Source: Candidatus Woesearchaeota archaeon (lineage in GTDB: Archaea > Nanobdellota > Nanobdellia > Woesearchaeales > JAZDKJ01). Taken from it: 64,000 nucleotides of DNA. The DNA lies in assembly GCA_043803105.1 (NCBI GenBank), contig JAZDKJ010000006.1:364222-428221 (forward strand), written 5' to 3'. This document shows positions 8,205 to 16,195 of the stretch, one piece after another. The position numbers were made by a program, and so were the translations under genes. Position 1 is the first letter of the stretch. The number at the start of each line of letters is the position of its first letter. Under the pieces are notes generated by a model. It was not told the origin of the DNA and did no database searches. It worked only from the letters and a program-made list of their open reading frames with translations.

Positions 8205-10154
8205 TTATTTCTGCGGTTCGCTCGATGTCCAGTCCTGCTTGCACATGTTGTCGATTGCAGAGTATGCAAAGCTGCCCAGAGTATAGTCGAGAAGTTTCCA
8301 TGTCAAATCTCCTGCCAGGGCCTTGTTTGCCTGCTGTTGGGCTTCCCTCTCTGCTATTGCTTTTTGCTCGGCAGGGTCATTGTATGCTCCTGCAGTCTTC
8401 GCACTCAACACACTGGCGTATACTATTCCATCCGTACCGAGCACTGTTTTTTCCCCACTTAGTGCTATCCTTTCAGACCTGATTGGCCCACCCTCATCAA
8501 ATGTGTACTCTGTAACCATGGCCCCTGCTTGTGCAATATAGGTGCTTGATATTGCTCGTGTTGGAGGTGGAAAACTTTGTGGTGTACACACAGTGGGAGG
8601 AAATCCCTGCTTGACATATGCACCGTAAGGATACTCACTGTTAGGTTCTTGGTATTGGTAGTCCTGTTGTGCAAAATAGACTTGGGTGAGTGTAGGATCC
8701 TGCGCAGCTTGGCTGGCGCTTATGTCTATGATATTTATATCCGGATATATTGTGCTTTTCCAGCAGTTGCAGTTTGTATTGAAATGGTAAGAACCTTCTG
8801 ATGCTATGCTTGATATCTTCCCGTTATACCCGTTTTGGGTTAGGTCAGTTTGGAGTGTAAGATAGCTCATCCCTGATTTTAGGAGAGGGGTGTTGCCCCC
8901 AGCCACAATATAGTAACTGTATTTACCTTCCTTGTCAGTTGCAGATTGGCTATCAATTTTGCTTATTATTATCTGCCCCTTGTTCCCGTCAAAAACAACC
9001 CCTGCCTTCACATCATCAACCGTAACTGAAGGTTTGACTACCTGTCCGTTCTTCGCTACCCCATCATACATTTTGTCTCCATTCTTGTCAACCAATCTGT
9101 AATTATAGGGCACGGGTCTTCCAGACAACCTGTTCTTTATGTCCTCAAAGTGCAGGTCAGTGCATGTTGGTTCATTAAAGCTCGTTGACATCCAGTTCCA
9201 TGACTCTGTTACCTGTGATATCATTCCAGGAATGTTGGTGAGCTCCATCAATTTCAATACGCATTTTGGTATGGCTGCCTGCTTGATGATTTCTCCCAGC
9301 TGGCTTGCAAGGTATTTTGCCAGGATTGACATAAGTATCTTAGCCACAGTCTTTAGTATAGAACCTTTCCAGTACATGCACAGCGCTTCATCTAGTTGTT
9401 TCTCGCATGCCTCTGTTGATATTCCTGCGGTGCACGCCTGTTCGATGCAGCAATTATACACCTGGTAGATTGTCTTGAGCTTTCTTATGTTAAATAGTAT
9501 TGCAACTGGGCACAGGCAGTAAGTTGCAGTGTAGATGTTCTCATAAGGATTCAGGTGGAAATCTCCGATAGCCAGGTTTCCGTACCCTCCGCCTGTTGTT
9601 GTCTTTCCAACTCCAACCGTGTTGCTCAGGCTTTCAGAGTTCTGTCCTAGCACCGGCACGTTCTTCACTATTCCTCCGCATCCAAACTTTCCTGTGCACC
9701 AGCCGCAGCTTACAAGACAGCACAATCCCTGCACTACCGGCAATTTGTACACGCTAGACCATGCCTTAAACACTTTTTGCATTGCTATGCAAAGTTTGGT
9801 GCCAGTGAGTAGTCCAAGCAGGCAGCAGTCCCCTGCCTCGTCTCCTGAGAACCCTATTAAGCTTGATATTGCCGATAGCACGATGTCTATGGCGCTCATT
9901 ACAGTGCATATCATGAGCATTATTGACGCTACGCTCTCAAGCGTTCCTATTACTCCATTGTCAAGCGAGTCAGCTATGCCTGAGCTTTTCTTGTGCTTCT
10001 CAATGCACTGCTGTCCAGCCTCAAGGTCTGTTGTGCCAGTTTCCTCTGTTGCCTTACCAGTAACTGGATTTACCTCTGCAAATGCGATTGAAGTGCAAAA
10101 TGGGATGCTGATTATGAGAAAGATTAGGATTTTGGCTACTTGCTGTTTTATCAT
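8205..10154 (-). CDS. Secreted cysteine-rich protein, hypothetical (Sec signal peptide, 649 aa)
   Basis: N-terminus MIKQQVAKILIFLIISIPFCTSIAFA|EV looks like a Sec signal peptide with an AFA cleavage site. It has many Cys pairs (CC, CxC) and no recognisable catalytic motif. Confidence 0.6.
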   Translation of the reverse strand: MIKQQVAKILIFLIISIPFCTSIAFAEVNPVTGKATEETGTTDLEAGQQCIEKHKKSSGIADSLDNGVIGTLESVASIMLMICTVMSAIDIVLSAISSLIGFSGDEAGDCCLLGLLTGTKLCIAMQKVFKAWSSVYKLPVVQGLCCLVSCGWCTGKFGCGGIVKNVPVLGQNSESLSNTVGVGKTTTGGGYGNLAIGDFHLNPYENIYTATYCLCPVAILFNIRKLKTIYQVYNCCIEQACTAGISTEACEKQLDEALCMYWKGSILKTVAKILMSILAKYLASQLGEIIKQAAIPKCVLKLMELTNIPGMISQVTESWNWMSTSFNEPTCTDLHFEDIKNRLSGRPVPYNYRLVDKNGDKMYDGVAKNGQVVKPSVTVDDVKAGVVFDGNKGQIIISKIDSQSATDKEGKYSYYIVAGGNTPLLKSGMSYLTLQTDLTQNGYNGKISSIASEGSYHFNTNCNCWKSTIYPDINIIDISASQAAQDPTLTQVYFAQQDYQYQEPNSEYPYGAYVKQGFPPTVCTPQSFPPPTRAISSTYIAQAGAMVTEYTFDEGGPIRSERIALSGEKTVLGTDGIVYASVLSAKTAGAYNDPAEQKAIAEREAQQQANKALAGDLTWKLLDYTLGSFAYSAIDNMCKQDWTSSEPQK

Positions 10155-10156
10155 TT

Positions 10157-12328
10157 CTAACTTACCTCTGGCGCAACAAACTGTGAATAATCGTTAACTG
10201 TGTAATCTACCTGTTTTGTCTTGCCGTCGCAGTTATCATCGACAGTGATCTTTCCGCTTAGCCTGCTGCCATCAATGACTGTCTCAGTGATGCTGTTTAC
10301 CTCAAGGTTCTGGTCTGAGAGGAAATCCACCATGCAGTAGAATTTTATTTTGCTGCCCCTTAGGCTGGTTGCTTTCCATCCAAAGTTCCCGTTGCCAATT
10401 ATCCAAGGTCCTTCGTAGTTGGAATGCGTCAAGGGATTGTTGTCAAAGTCCACTGTCACTGTGTTGTCTCCTTCTTTATAGGTTGAGGGCTTTATGACCA
10501 CGTTGCCTTTGGCCAGCATTCCCACCCGATAGTTTCCGCTTCCTATTATCATGCTCTTCATTGTTGGGTATAGGACAGTAGGGTTTGCAGACGCCCCGTT
10601 TATTGATATTGTTATCTCGTCTTTTGGCCTTGGCTGGTAGCGTGTTTCCTGCAACATTTCTTCAGGTGTTTTTCCGCAGCTGCTTCGTAAATATCCATTT
10701 GTCAGATAATAGTTCTCCAGGAATTTTCTTGCAAGCACAAGCTCCACTTCAATGCTGTAATTCTTCAGTTTCTCCAGTTTGTATTCGCTTTTTACAGCAT
10801 CAACAATCGTGCTGTAACCTGCCTTCTGCAACTTAAGCTGGAGCCCTGCGCATTTCGGCAGCTTTAAGGAGGCTCTGCCGCTGGAGGCTGTCTCTCCTGC
10901 ATCGCATTCGTTGATTGTGTTGTTGCATTGGAATCTGACACCAACTCCAGGCAATAATCCTGTTTCATTCGTTGTGACTACACTAGCCTGCGTGCTTACG
11001 TTGTTGCAGTCAAAGACACTTTTCATGGTCTCGCTTCCGAAAAATGCTGTCAGGTTCACTTCGCTATATGGATTCTGTCCAGTGCACTGCCTGTTCTGGT
11101 TTCCGCACAGGAAGAGTTGCATCGGGAAATAAAACGAGAAGCCCTGTTTTTCCTGCACCAAATTACCAATAATCTTGGCAGAATCGCTGTCTGTGATTTT
11201 TATCACCACAGGATGTGTCAAGAAGTACTTGAACCTGTAATCATAAATGCAGAAGCTTGGGAGGAATGGTATGCTTGTCTGCGATTCCTTGTCCGGGCTA
11301 ATCACGTTGCCGCTTGTGGGTTTGATGTCAAATTTGTTATCTGATTGTGCAGGGTAACTGAATTCTACGCTTATTGAGCTAAGATTTTCGAAATAATTCC
11401 TGATAAAGCTGTCATAAACTCCCTGGACTGAAGCGTCGTTTGAAATCACTCTTTCAAACTTTGTTCCGGCCATCTTTAGGTATGGAAAATTTTTTGAAAG
11501 TATGCCTTCAAGATTTTCCTTGACTTCATCTTTCGTCCATGTTACGTATTTGCAATCTGTGCTTGAGTCAGAGAAGCTGAACGGCGGAAGGTCTTTTGCT
11601 CCCTTTTCTGCCCCGGTATAGCTGTACAGAGAAATCAGTGACTTTGCGTGGTCTTCAAGATAAGTGTCTGCAAACTCTCTTGTGACTAATTCCATAGCTA
11701 TCTCATGGATCAGCGCCAGGTTTACATCCACCTGATAATTGTAGTTGTCCACTTCATACTGTTTTTCGTTCTGTGTGATCTGGATTGGCCAGTGAAGATC
11801 AATTGTTGCCTGTTTGCCGAACCTCACTGTGGTGTTTATTGTTCCAGTCTTGATAACATAACTTTTTTTTCTGAAGACCTCAAAGTCCGTGCATCTCGGC
11901 AGGTTTTCTGTGATGTATCTAGCTAGCTCATTTTGCATGTAATCTGTTGAAGGTACAGAAATCGAATCTTCGGTGATCCAGTAAGGGACCTTGTTCTTTC
12001 CTGTGGCGTCAATAACCTGAATCATGCTCCCAGTTTTAACCACAGTCCTATCGCCGCTTATGCCTGTTGTTTGTAGCTCGGTAGGAATGTATATGAACCC
12101 CGCCTGAAGCCCAAGGATTTCTATTCCTGAATTTGCATAATCACTTAGACACTGTTCCACATATGTCTTAACCTGTTGAGCAGGCTCTGCAAGTTGTAAT
12201 GCCCTTACCTGTTCGACCTGGATTGGCTGCTCTGTTGTTCTTGCCCAGCTAAAGTAGAAGATTGCCGCAGCTATCAGCATGATTATTCCGATGATTATGA
12301 ATATGGTTATCTGTCCTCTTTTTTCCAT
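10157..12328 (-). CDS. Large (723 aa) surface protein with an archaeal type IV pilin-like (class III) signal peptide
   Basis: N-terminus MEKRG|QITIFIIIGIIMLIAAAIFYF has a basic residue, then Gly at -1 and Gln at +1, then a roughly 20-residue hydrophobic helix. That is the archaeal prepilin-peptidase substrate pattern. The mature part is a large Ser/Thr/Asn-rich extracellular domain. The gene ends in TAG and overlaps the downstream gene start. Confidence 0.6.
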   Translation of the reverse strand: MEKRGQITIFIIIGIIMLIAAAIFYFSWARTTEQPIQVEQVRALQLAEPAQQVKTYVEQCLSDYANSGIEILGLQAGFIYIPTELQTTGISGDRTVVKTGSMIQVIDATGKNKVPYWITEDSISVPSTDYMQNELARYITENLPRCTDFEVFRKKSYVIKTGTINTTVRFGKQATIDLHWPIQITQNEKQYEVDNYNYQVDVNLALIHEIAMELVTREFADTYLEDHAKSLISLYSYTGAEKGAKDLPPFSFSDSSTDCKYVTWTKDEVKENLEGILSKNFPYLKMAGTKFERVISNDASVQGVYDSFIRNYFENLSSISVEFSYPAQSDNKFDIKPTSGNVISPDKESQTSIPFLPSFCIYDYRFKYFLTHPVVIKITDSDSAKIIGNLVQEKQGFSFYFPMQLFLCGNQNRQCTGQNPYSEVNLTAFFGSETMKSVFDCNNVSTQASVVTTNETGLLPGVGVRFQCNNTINECDAGETASSGRASLKLPKCAGLQLKLQKAGYSTIVDAVKSEYKLEKLKNYSIEVELVLARKFLENYYLTNGYLRSSCGKTPEEMLQETRYQPRPKDEITISINGASANPTVLYPTMKSMIIGSGNYRVGMLAKGNVVIKPSTYKEGDNTVTVDFDNNPLTHSNYEGPWIIGNGNFGWKATSLRGSKIKFYCMVDFLSDQNLEVNSITETVIDGSRLSGKITVDDNCDGKTKQVDYTVNDYSQFVAPEVS

Positions 12329-13050
12329 ATGAACCTCTCTGTGTAATGAGCATAATAGTTTCGTGCCCAGCTGATTAGTGGCAGTGCTATCATAACCATC
12401 ACTAACAGCTTGAAGAACTGGTCTAATCTAGGGAGCACAAGAAATCGCAATATCACAACCATGAATCCTATCACCGCGTAGGGAACCACAAATTTATGGA
12501 ACCTGCATCCAGTCCAGAAAAGCGCCTTGATGGATTTTTTTATGCTCCGCGTTCTGGCATAAGAGAAAAGTATAATGGTGTTGAAGTGCAATGTAGCCAT
12601 CCCAATGATGACAAACAGGACATTATTATTCAGTTTGATTATTGAAAACAAGGCAATTACGATTGCGACACATAACAGGCCATAGTTGAGCAACGCCATT
12701 TGCCAGAAGTCTTTCAAGGAAAATCTCGTGCCAACCAGCCTGCTCCATATAATCCCTTTGAAGAGGCTAAACTCCGCTATTGCTGCCACAAAGAACAATC
12801 CTATCAAAATGAACAGCGTCGAAAGAAAACCTGCCAGCATATGTAACTGTTCCTGCGCATGGGCTGGGTCAATTGCTGCATTTAGGTTTACCGGCGTGGT
12901 TGCCCTGACTGTCAATGCCCACACAAGAAAGGTGCAGAATAGCGTAGCATAGAAAAGCAGGTCATAGCCATAGGCCACTAGAATCTTCTTGACTTCAAGA
13001 CTTTGCAGAAGAACCTTAAGTTCCTGCTTAAAATACCCTCTTTCAGTCAC
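12307..13050 (-). CDS. Polytopic membrane protein, possibly a CPBP-family (CAAX-like) intramembrane protease
   Basis: 247 aa with about 6-7 TM helices. AEFSLFKG resembles the CPBP EExxxR/FRG motif and TLHFN resembles the H-x-x-x-N motif. The match is weak. Confidence 0.4.
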   Translation of the reverse strand: MTERGYFKQELKVLLQSLEVKKILVAYGYDLLFYATLFCTFLVWALTVRATTPVNLNAAIDPAHAQEQLHMLAGFLSTLFILIGLFFVAAIAEFSLFKGIIWSRLVGTRFSLKDFWQMALLNYGLLCVAIVIALFSIIKLNNNVLFVIIGMATLHFNTIILFSYARTRSIKKSIKALFWTGCRFHKFVVPYAVIGFMVVILRFLVLPRLDQFFKLLVMVMIALPLISWARNYYAHYTERFIWKKEDR

Positions 13051-13076
13051 AGATCTTTCTCAGACTGCAGCCCTAT

Positions 13077-13784
13077 TTATATCTTTTTATGGATGTCCTT
13101 TACCTTGCCGAAATCCAATATTTCTCCATCAGAGACCACATAGGCCTCAAAGTCCCGGATTTTATTGTATGGTCCTAACAAATCATCGCTTGTGATGTCA
13201 GTTCCGTAGCTGGCTGAGCTGAATGATGGCATCACTATCAAGTCTGCCTTGCCATATTTTCCCTTCAGAAAACACTTGTAAGTCTCTGCCCTGGCCCCTT
13301 CCCTGATGGTTATTGCAGGATGCATATGCCCGATTATTATTGTCTTTGCTTTCTTTGGAATCTTCTGCTCGACATGCCCATGCATGAGAAAGACATCATC
13401 TATCATTATGTTGTCCACTATCCGTACATTCTTTTTCTTTGCTATTGGTTCGAGTATGATGTCATGGTTGCCCTTGATTAGCGTGACTTTTGCTGACTTG
13501 CTTAAAAGATCAAGCACCTTCATTGTCTCTCTCCATTCCTGGCTAGACACCTCTCCAAATTCGTGCTTGACGTCGCCATTTATGATGATATGTTCTGGTT
13601 TTGTTTTTGCCATTATCTTTTCGAGTTGTTTCAATAATTCGCGGAGCTGAAACCTAGGTATGAAGAAGCCCTGCTTGTTCAATGCCTCCTCAAAGCCAAT
13701 GTGCAGGTCAGAAATGACCAGTGTCTTACATTTCTTAAGGTGCAAGGCAAGGTCGATTATCTCGATTCCAGGATGTATTTCCAT
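13077..13784 (-). CDS. Calcineurin-like metallophosphoesterase
   Basis: Motifs DLHIG, INGDVKHEF, KGNHD, MHGH and IGHMHP are spaced as in metallophosphoesterases. Confidence 0.7.
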   Translation of the reverse strand: MEIHPGIEIIDLALHLKKCKTLVISDLHIGFEEALNKQGFFIPRFQLRELLKQLEKIMAKTKPEHIIINGDVKHEFGEVSSQEWRETMKVLDLLSKSAKVTLIKGNHDIILEPIAKKKNVRIVDNIMIDDVFLMHGHVEQKIPKKAKTIIIGHMHPAITIREGARAETYKCFLKGKYGKADLIVMPSFSSASYGTDITSDDLLGPYNKIRDFEAYVVSDGEILDFGKVKDIHKKI

Positions 13785-13855
13785 GAGCTGTGCAAAACCA
13801 GGTGGCTATAAAAGCTTTAGTAAAAAATATAAACCCTGATTGCCCGCCTTGTATT

Positions 13856-14212
13856 ATGAGAGAAACACAGGAGATAATAAAGAAATTCAATGATGAGCGG
13901 GCTTGGAGCACCCCACACAGCATCAAGGACCTGATGCTTAACATGAACGAGGAGATCGGCGAGTTCTGGACCTTGATAAAATAGGTTGACATCCCAACTC
14001 AGCAGAGGCTCATAAAAGAGAACAAAGCTGAGGTCGAGAATTTTGTTGGTGACATGATTTATCTCATCCTCAAGATAGCCTATCTTTGCGAAATAGATTC
14101 CAAAAAGGCCATTGATGATGTAATGCAGGAATATGAGATGCGCTTCCCAAAGGAGCAGACTAAGGGCAGGCACGGCAACAAGCTTGCAGGCGGCATCGAC
14201 CTTAAAGAATAA
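13856..14212 (+). pseudogene. MazG-like nucleotide pyrophosphohydrolase interrupted by an in-frame TAG at 13982-13984 (pseudogene or stop-codon readthrough)
   Basis: The first half ends ...LNMNEEIGEFWTLIK and stops at TAG. The same frame continues VDIPTQQRLIKENKAEVENFVGDMIYLILKIAYLCEIDSKKAIDDVMQEYEMRFP... to TAA at 14210. Together the two halves form one MazG domain, with EEIGEF and GDMIYLIL matching the EExGELxE and GDLLfxL helices. The ORF-track version starting at 13790 would sit only 5 nt from the divergent phosphoesterase start, so the Met at 13856 is preferred. Confidence 0.5.
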
Positions 14213-14214
14213 AT

Positions 14215-14346
14215 TTATTCCAGCACAAAGCCGCACTTCTTGCAGAACAATTCATCATTTTCAAAGACTACGCTGTCGCTTCCGCACTCAGGGCAGGTCT
14301 TCTCCTTGTCCTCGTTCTTCAAGTCATTAAGTGAGTGCTCATTCAT
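14215..14346 (-). CDS. Small (43 aa) zinc-ribbon protein resembling the TFIIB/TFB N-terminal Zn ribbon
   Basis: MNEHSLNDLKNEDKEKTCPECGSDSVVFENDELFCKKCGFVLE, with a CPECGS...CKKCG pattern. Its start overlaps the upstream gene's stop by 4 nt. It is below the ORF-track length cut-off. Confidence 0.4.
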   Translation of the reverse strand: MNEHSLNDLKNEDKEKTCPECGSDSVVFENDELFCKKCGFVLE

Positions 14347-14612
14347 TGCTCTTCCTCTTCAAGCATTTTTTTAACCCTTCGTGCCTTTTCTTCGACTTTT
14401 TCCAGGAGCTCAAGGTCGCTGAAATTCTCTTTTGCACAGCTGTCGCAATAATAGTCAGAAGTGTCCTTTATCTGGAACTGGGCATCGGTGCCGCAGATGA
14501 TGCATTTCTTGGGCATGAGATTCTTACAATGTTTGTGCTGCTTAAAAAGGTTTTGGTTTTGCTTTTGCGGTTTTAAGTCGACAGAATCATTCAAGCCCAA
14601 AGGATTCGACAA
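14343..14612 (-). CDS. Small zinc-ribbon protein, hypothetical
   Basis: CIICGTDAQFQIKDTSDYYCDSCAKENF is a C4 zinc ribbon with an acidic C-terminal tail. The true start may be the internal MPKKC. Confidence 0.4.
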   Translation of the reverse strand: MSNPLGLNDSVDLKPQKQNQNLFKQHKHCKNLMPKKCIICGTDAQFQIKDTSDYYCDSCAKENFSDLELLEKVEEKARRVKKMLEEEEQ

Positions 14613-14862
14613 ACTCTGTGATCAGTTTGTACTTGTTCAGGTATTCGTATCCCTTTTCGGTTAGCGAGTAGGTTCTTCCGTCCTTTGTGGTGTGCTGTAC
14701 CATGAATCCTTTTCCCATGAGTTCAGTCAGGTACTCGTCCATCATGACATGGGAAAGGTTTGATTTGTAGAGTATGTGTGTGGGCTTTATTCTGCCGTCT
14801 CTCTCCCTTATGGCATTCAGGATGTCATGTATTACCTGAAGCCTGTCCCGCTTCTTGCTCAT
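14587..14862 (-). CDS. Winged helix-turn-helix DNA-binding protein (HTH_45-like)
   Basis: 91 aa: ...RLQVIHDILNAIRERDGRIKPTHILYKSNLSHVMMDEYLTELMGKGFM...YSLTEKGYEYL is typical of small archaeal wHTH regulators. Confidence 0.5.
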   Translation of the reverse strand: MSKKRDRLQVIHDILNAIRERDGRIKPTHILYKSNLSHVMMDEYLTELMGKGFMVQHTTKDGRTYSLTEKGYEYLNKYKLITEFVESFGLE

Positions 14863-15521
14863 TTTTTTACAATCAAAATAAGATCTATAAGTATCAAGAT
14901 ATATGCTATCATCTCAAGGCCGTGCGCGATGAAGTAAAAAACTGCGTGGTTGACCGAGAAAATAAAGTGTATGCTTCCAAACAGGAGGAATGTAAACGCA
15001 ACAAATACCATCAAGGTTTTTCCTTGCTTGTTTCCAAGAAAATTCATAAGGTAGTGTGATGTCACAAATATCAGAAGTATGCTTGAAATGATGTAGTATG
15101 CATACAGTTTGTTTGCACTGAGCAGAAGCGCAAAAAGGGAGAGCAGGAACACCAAATACCAGAGCTTCGGGCCTCTTGTTTTGAATGACATGTAGACAAG
15201 AGTGACAAGCGCTGTTATGAACAGTAGGATATGCGTGTAAATGCCCACAAAATTGAGAATTGCAACATTGTTCAGCTGTATGAGCCTTGAGATGCCTTCG
15301 TTTAGCTCGGTCATGACTGCGTAATTCATTGCAGATTGCACAAAATACGCAATTGAAAACAGCAAGAACGCTATTCCAAAAAGCCTGGATTGTTTTTGGT
15401 CGGAAAGCTTGTACACCTTAAAGGCAAAGATACTTACTGCCATGGTGATGATAGCAAAAGTGAACTGCAGCGCAACATCGTAACCAAGAAACCAGGCCGG
15501 TATTAGGTAAATATGAGGCAT
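14859..15521 (-). CDS. Integral membrane protein, hypothetical
   Basis: 220 aa with about 6 hydrophobic helices and no recognisable motif. Confidence 0.45.
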   Translation of the reverse strand: MPHIYLIPAWFLGYDVALQFTFAIITMAVSIFAFKVYKLSDQKQSRLFGIAFLLFSIAYFVQSAMNYAVMTELNEGISRLIQLNNVAILNFVGIYTHILLFITALVTLVYMSFKTRGPKLWYLVFLLSLFALLLSANKLYAYYIISSILLIFVTSHYLMNFLGNKQGKTLMVFVAFTFLLFGSIHFIFSVNHAVFYFIAHGLEMIAYILILIDLILIVKK

Positions 15522-15659
15522 TTATCCTTGATAAACAGTCTGCCTTTTTTAAGGTTTATGGAACATTCTTTCAGAATAATCTTCAGTATAACTCTTTAAC
15601 AACGAATAAATAAAAGCCTTTGCTATTGATTTCTAACAGCTAAATGGAGGTGGGTGTAA

Positions 15660-15779
15660 TGAAAACCCGTCAAGACTATACGCATGAATTGAAGGCCAAG
15701 GAGGCAAGGATATCTGCATATGAGCCTGACTACATCAGGACAATTTATGACTTTGACTTTGAGGAGGTGCAAGCATGAG
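15660..15779 (+). CDS. Small ORF (39 aa), hypothetical
   Basis: A GGAGGTG Shine-Dalgarno-like site sits 8 nt upstream of the ATG. Product is MKTRQDYTHELKAKEARISAYEPDYIRTIYDFDFEEVQA. It overlaps the next small ORF in an ATGA arrangement. Confidence 0.25.
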
Positions 15780-15895
15780 GGTCGAGGATTATGAGTTCCT
15801 GCTTGTGGGCGACATATACCATTGGCAGCTGGATGGGCAGGGCCGCATTATGATTATGGAGAACGTCAGCCAAAAGCCTGCTACGTCTTATTAAA
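15776..15895 (+). CDS. Small ORF (39 aa), hypothetical
   Basis: Product is MRVEDYEFLLVGDIYHWQLDGQGRIMIMENVSQKPATSY. It is translationally coupled to the preceding small ORF. Confidence 0.2.
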
Positions 15896-15964
15896 ATTTT
15901 ATTTTTATTGTTCAAACAAAGGCTTATCTATTTGATAAGGTCAAATTGTAGTTGAGGTGAAAAT

Positions 15965-16195
15965 ATGCCTATGATGTATGATTATGGTTACGGCCATGGA
16001 TGGGGATCCTTCGGAGCCTTTTGGATGATAGTCTTTTGGGCTGCATTGATTTGGTTTATTGTCTGGCTCGTAAGGAGGAGCGATTGGCACTCGATGCGCG
16101 GCACAGAATCCTTAGAGATTGTAAGGCAAAGATACGCAAAAGGAGATATAACCAAGAAGCAGTTTGATGAGATGAAAAAGGACCTTAATGGTTAA
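15965..16195 (+). CDS. SHOCT-domain membrane protein
   Basis: Gly/aromatic-rich N-terminus, one TM helix and a C-terminal RYAKGDITKKQFDEMKKDL (SHOCT-like). A GAGGTGA ribosome-binding site lies upstream. Confidence 0.55.
   Translation: MPMMYDYGYGHGWGSFGAFWMIVFWAALIWFIVWLVRRSDWHSMRGTESLEIVRQRYAKGDITKKQFDEMKKDLNG

Noticed and set aside
13817-14236. 139-aa minus-strand ORF antisense to the MazG-like gene
   Set aside because: There are no motifs, and the opposite strand carries a recognisable MazG domain.
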